The position numbers and the translations under genes are program-made. Of a stretch of DNA of 64,000 nt, positions 61,153 through 64,000 are shown in pieces. The stretch spans positions 79,546,001 to 79,610,000 of the forward strand of contig NC_043006.1 in the NCBI RefSeq assembly GCF_006345805.1, read 5' to 3'. Origin of the DNA: Octopus sinensis. Lineage: Eukaryota. The notes beneath the pieces are model-generated. The model did not search any database. It saw nothing but the letters and a program-made list of their open reading frames with translations, and was not told where the DNA came from. Every line of letters starts with the position of its first letter. Positions within the stretch are counted from its first letter, which is position 1.

Positions 61153-62929
61153 GTATAGCTAATCAGTGTGAAGCACATAACTTCAAGTAATTAAACTGAC
61201 CTAAAATGAATGATAAAGCTCAAGATGATGTAACAAATGCCACTGAAAACAACTAAGAGTTCCCAAGTGGGTTGAGTCGTTCCTCTATATGCTACTCACA
61301 AGTCCCAATTGAAACAAACTCCATTTTTTTTTCTTTATTTTGCTAGTGTTTTCAGCAAGAAAAAAAAGTATGGTTGTCAAACTGCTCTATTTTCCTCCAC
61401 CACCACAACCACTCCATCTTAAACAAATCAAGTGTTTCCGCCTTGTTAAAATGAAATACTCTAAGATTTAGTTAATTTCAAATTCAGTGCCTTAATTTTT
61501 TATTTATAATTATAATAATAATTATAATTGTAATTCATCATCACAACATTTAACATCCACTTTTATAATTATAATTAATCAACATCATCGTTTAATGTCT
61601 ACTTTCCATGCTGGTAGGGGTTGGATGGTTTGACATGAAGCTGGCAAGCAGGGAACTGTTCAAACTCCAGCTGTGGCACGATTTCTACAGTTAGGAAGGG
61701 CATCCAGCTGAAGAAACCATGCCACAACAGACAACAGCTCCATGCTAGCTAGCTCCATGTCAAACTATCCAACCCATGCCAGCATGGAAAGCACATGTTA
61801 AACGATGAGGATAATGATGAATTATAATCTAGTACTTTAATTATAATTGAATCCAATTTAAAAAAGAAGAATCATCATCATTTTGATGTCCACTTTTCCA
61901 AACTTGCATGGGGTCAGACAGTTTAATGAGACAGATTTTCTATGGCTAAATGCCCTTCCTATTGACAGTCCGTTTCTAAGCAAAGTAATATGATCAAACA
62001 GATTTTCATGGAATATTAGAAATAAAGGACATTCATTTATAACAATCATGGAGTGGGAGGCAAGGGATACAGACACACACAGCTTCTTTCAGTTTCTGTC
62101 TACTAAACCCATTCACAAGACTTTGGTTGCCCTGTGGTTAAAGTGGAAACCATGTGGTTATGAAGCAAACTTCTTAATTACATGGTGACACCTGCACCTA
62201 AGAGAAAGGAAAACTTAAACGAACCACCAATCAATACTTTAAAAAAATCATTAAAAAGTAGTCAAATTATCTAACAATCTTTGACACAAAACACTTAAAT
62301 TAACTGAGCAGATATGTATCAACCTCTGGCTGAACAATCAGTGAGTTTATATTATGTTACCAACACTGTAACGTGCCAAACAGTTACATGTCACCTAGGT
62401 CACCTAGCTGTAAACAGTAATGATGTATAGGTAAAGTACACTGCTATAGAAATAAATGTTAAGTGTCTTGCTAGCTTATGGCACCGAGTTCAAATGCAAC
62501 CATGGTTATAACTTAGGAAGCGAAAAGGTTAAGCGTAGCTGATTTGCATTAAATACATTAAATACAAGTTGAAAATTTCTATGGTACCTAAATACCTGTA
62601 TGGTCTATAAATTTTATCACAATAACAGAATCATATTAAAGAATATAAGACAAGGTTTATAGTCCTATGCTTACAGTAATATGCTATCACTAAGTCCAAT
62701 CACAGCTGTTAAATCAACAAACCCAAAACCATTGAGTTCATTGTAGTCTAGCAGCACTAAAAATGATGGCAGAAGCTGTCATTGTCCCTCACAGGATGAC
62801 AGAGAAATACCAGGTTGGAAAACTGATGTGAGCTGTCAGTGTCTTTACCCTTCAGCTTTTAAACCAGCCACATTCCAGCCTAAATATTCTACATTGTTTT
62901 ATTTTCAAACTAGCCAGACCTCTCTCAGA

Positions 62930-63420
62930 CTCTTCTTCATGCTACAGCTGACATATTCACTTGGGATGATGAAAGTGCAGCTACTAACCAAACTTCTGCA
63001 TGCCAAAATGACAAAATTCTGTTGGATTATCCATCAGCAGGCACCCAGATATGTCAACATCCACCACAAAAATCTCTTACATTCCAACAAAACAGACACT
63101 GACAGCAAACACTTTTATGGTTTCTTTGTGGCATAAAACCAAAACCAAATTATTGACTCTCCAATTCACATCCATGATGTTAGAGACCAAAATCCTAATC
63201 CAATTCACCTCTTCCTCACTACAAGCCCTAATATTTGTCCAGCAATTATTATCTCTTTTTGGTAGATTAGTACCAAAAATGTTTAATAGTGGTTGTTTCT
63301 TGTATACAGAGCAAAGAATTTTCTTTAATGTGTCATTCCATCTAAAGTGATTTGTAAAAGATTTCATTCTCTCTTGGCCAACATTTCCAAGACACCAACC
63401 TAGTTTATCTTTCCGCTATC
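62930..63420 (+). mobile_element. Possible highly decayed LINE (Jockey/I-like) RT C-terminal remnant
   Basis: Peptide KFCWIIHQQAPRYVNIHHKNL loosely resembles the KxLRxIxxAPxYVxNxxIHxDL motif; weak. Confidence 0.25.
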
Positions 63421-64000
63421 ATTGTGAAATTCCTGATCTTCATTCTATTTTAACCCTTTAGCATTTAAACTGGCCTGTTCAAACCAGCCAGATCTAGCCT
63501 CTCACACCTAACCTATGATGCCATTTTAAAAATAATCAATCACACCATCAAAATAGCAAAAGTTGTGAGATAATGTATGATTTAATTCAAAACAACATGA
63601 ATAAGTAAGCATTATATATAGTTTCCTTGTTTGAATAAACTCTTACCATCTTGTATTCACACTTGAGTTCATATGGGTCTGCTACATCACATCTGTTGCC
63701 ACAGTAGTGGCTAGAATTGAGAATTCATTCTTCCATTGAAAAAAAATTCCAGTTACTGTATGGTATCTCCATAACAGCTAGATCCACTGGAAAATGGTAT
63801 TCTGCTCCCACATACATGCAAGTTCCTTCGAAGATCTTGACAGAATGCAAAAACTAAATGCATAGTATAGCTGGTGATGATGGGCTTTTATTTGTTTATT
63901 TTTTTGACTCCAACAAAACGTCTTAAGTCTAATTCTTTTTCATAACTTCTTTAGCATTCAGATTACTCTGTCAAATACAATGCATATTTCACATTGATTT

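Overview
AT-rich, repeat-dense eukaryotic genomic DNA, most likely a coleoid cephalopod (Octopus-type tRNA-derived SINEs, RTE LINE tails, TA/CA microsatellites; organism is inferred, not proven). The window holds the internal part of one minus-strand gene, importin-5 (IPO5/karyopherin beta-3): 20 coding exons from 54387 to 1148, 2252 nt, joining in one open frame with consistent intron phases. The first and last exons lie outside the window or were not found. One intron (8659-14364) is a minor-spliceosome U12-type GT-AG intron. It contains two long foldbacks, and one of these carries two head-to-head minimal type I hammerhead ribozyme motifs of the Penelope/retrozyme kind, one in the pre-mRNA sense; this is the most notable observation. 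Introns also hold a second repeat family with a variant hammerhead-like core, Gypsy, RTE, mariner and pogo remnants, a Helitron, piggyBac/mariner/hAT-type MITEs and dozens of SINEs. Exon coordinates are read to the base; most repeat ends are approximate.
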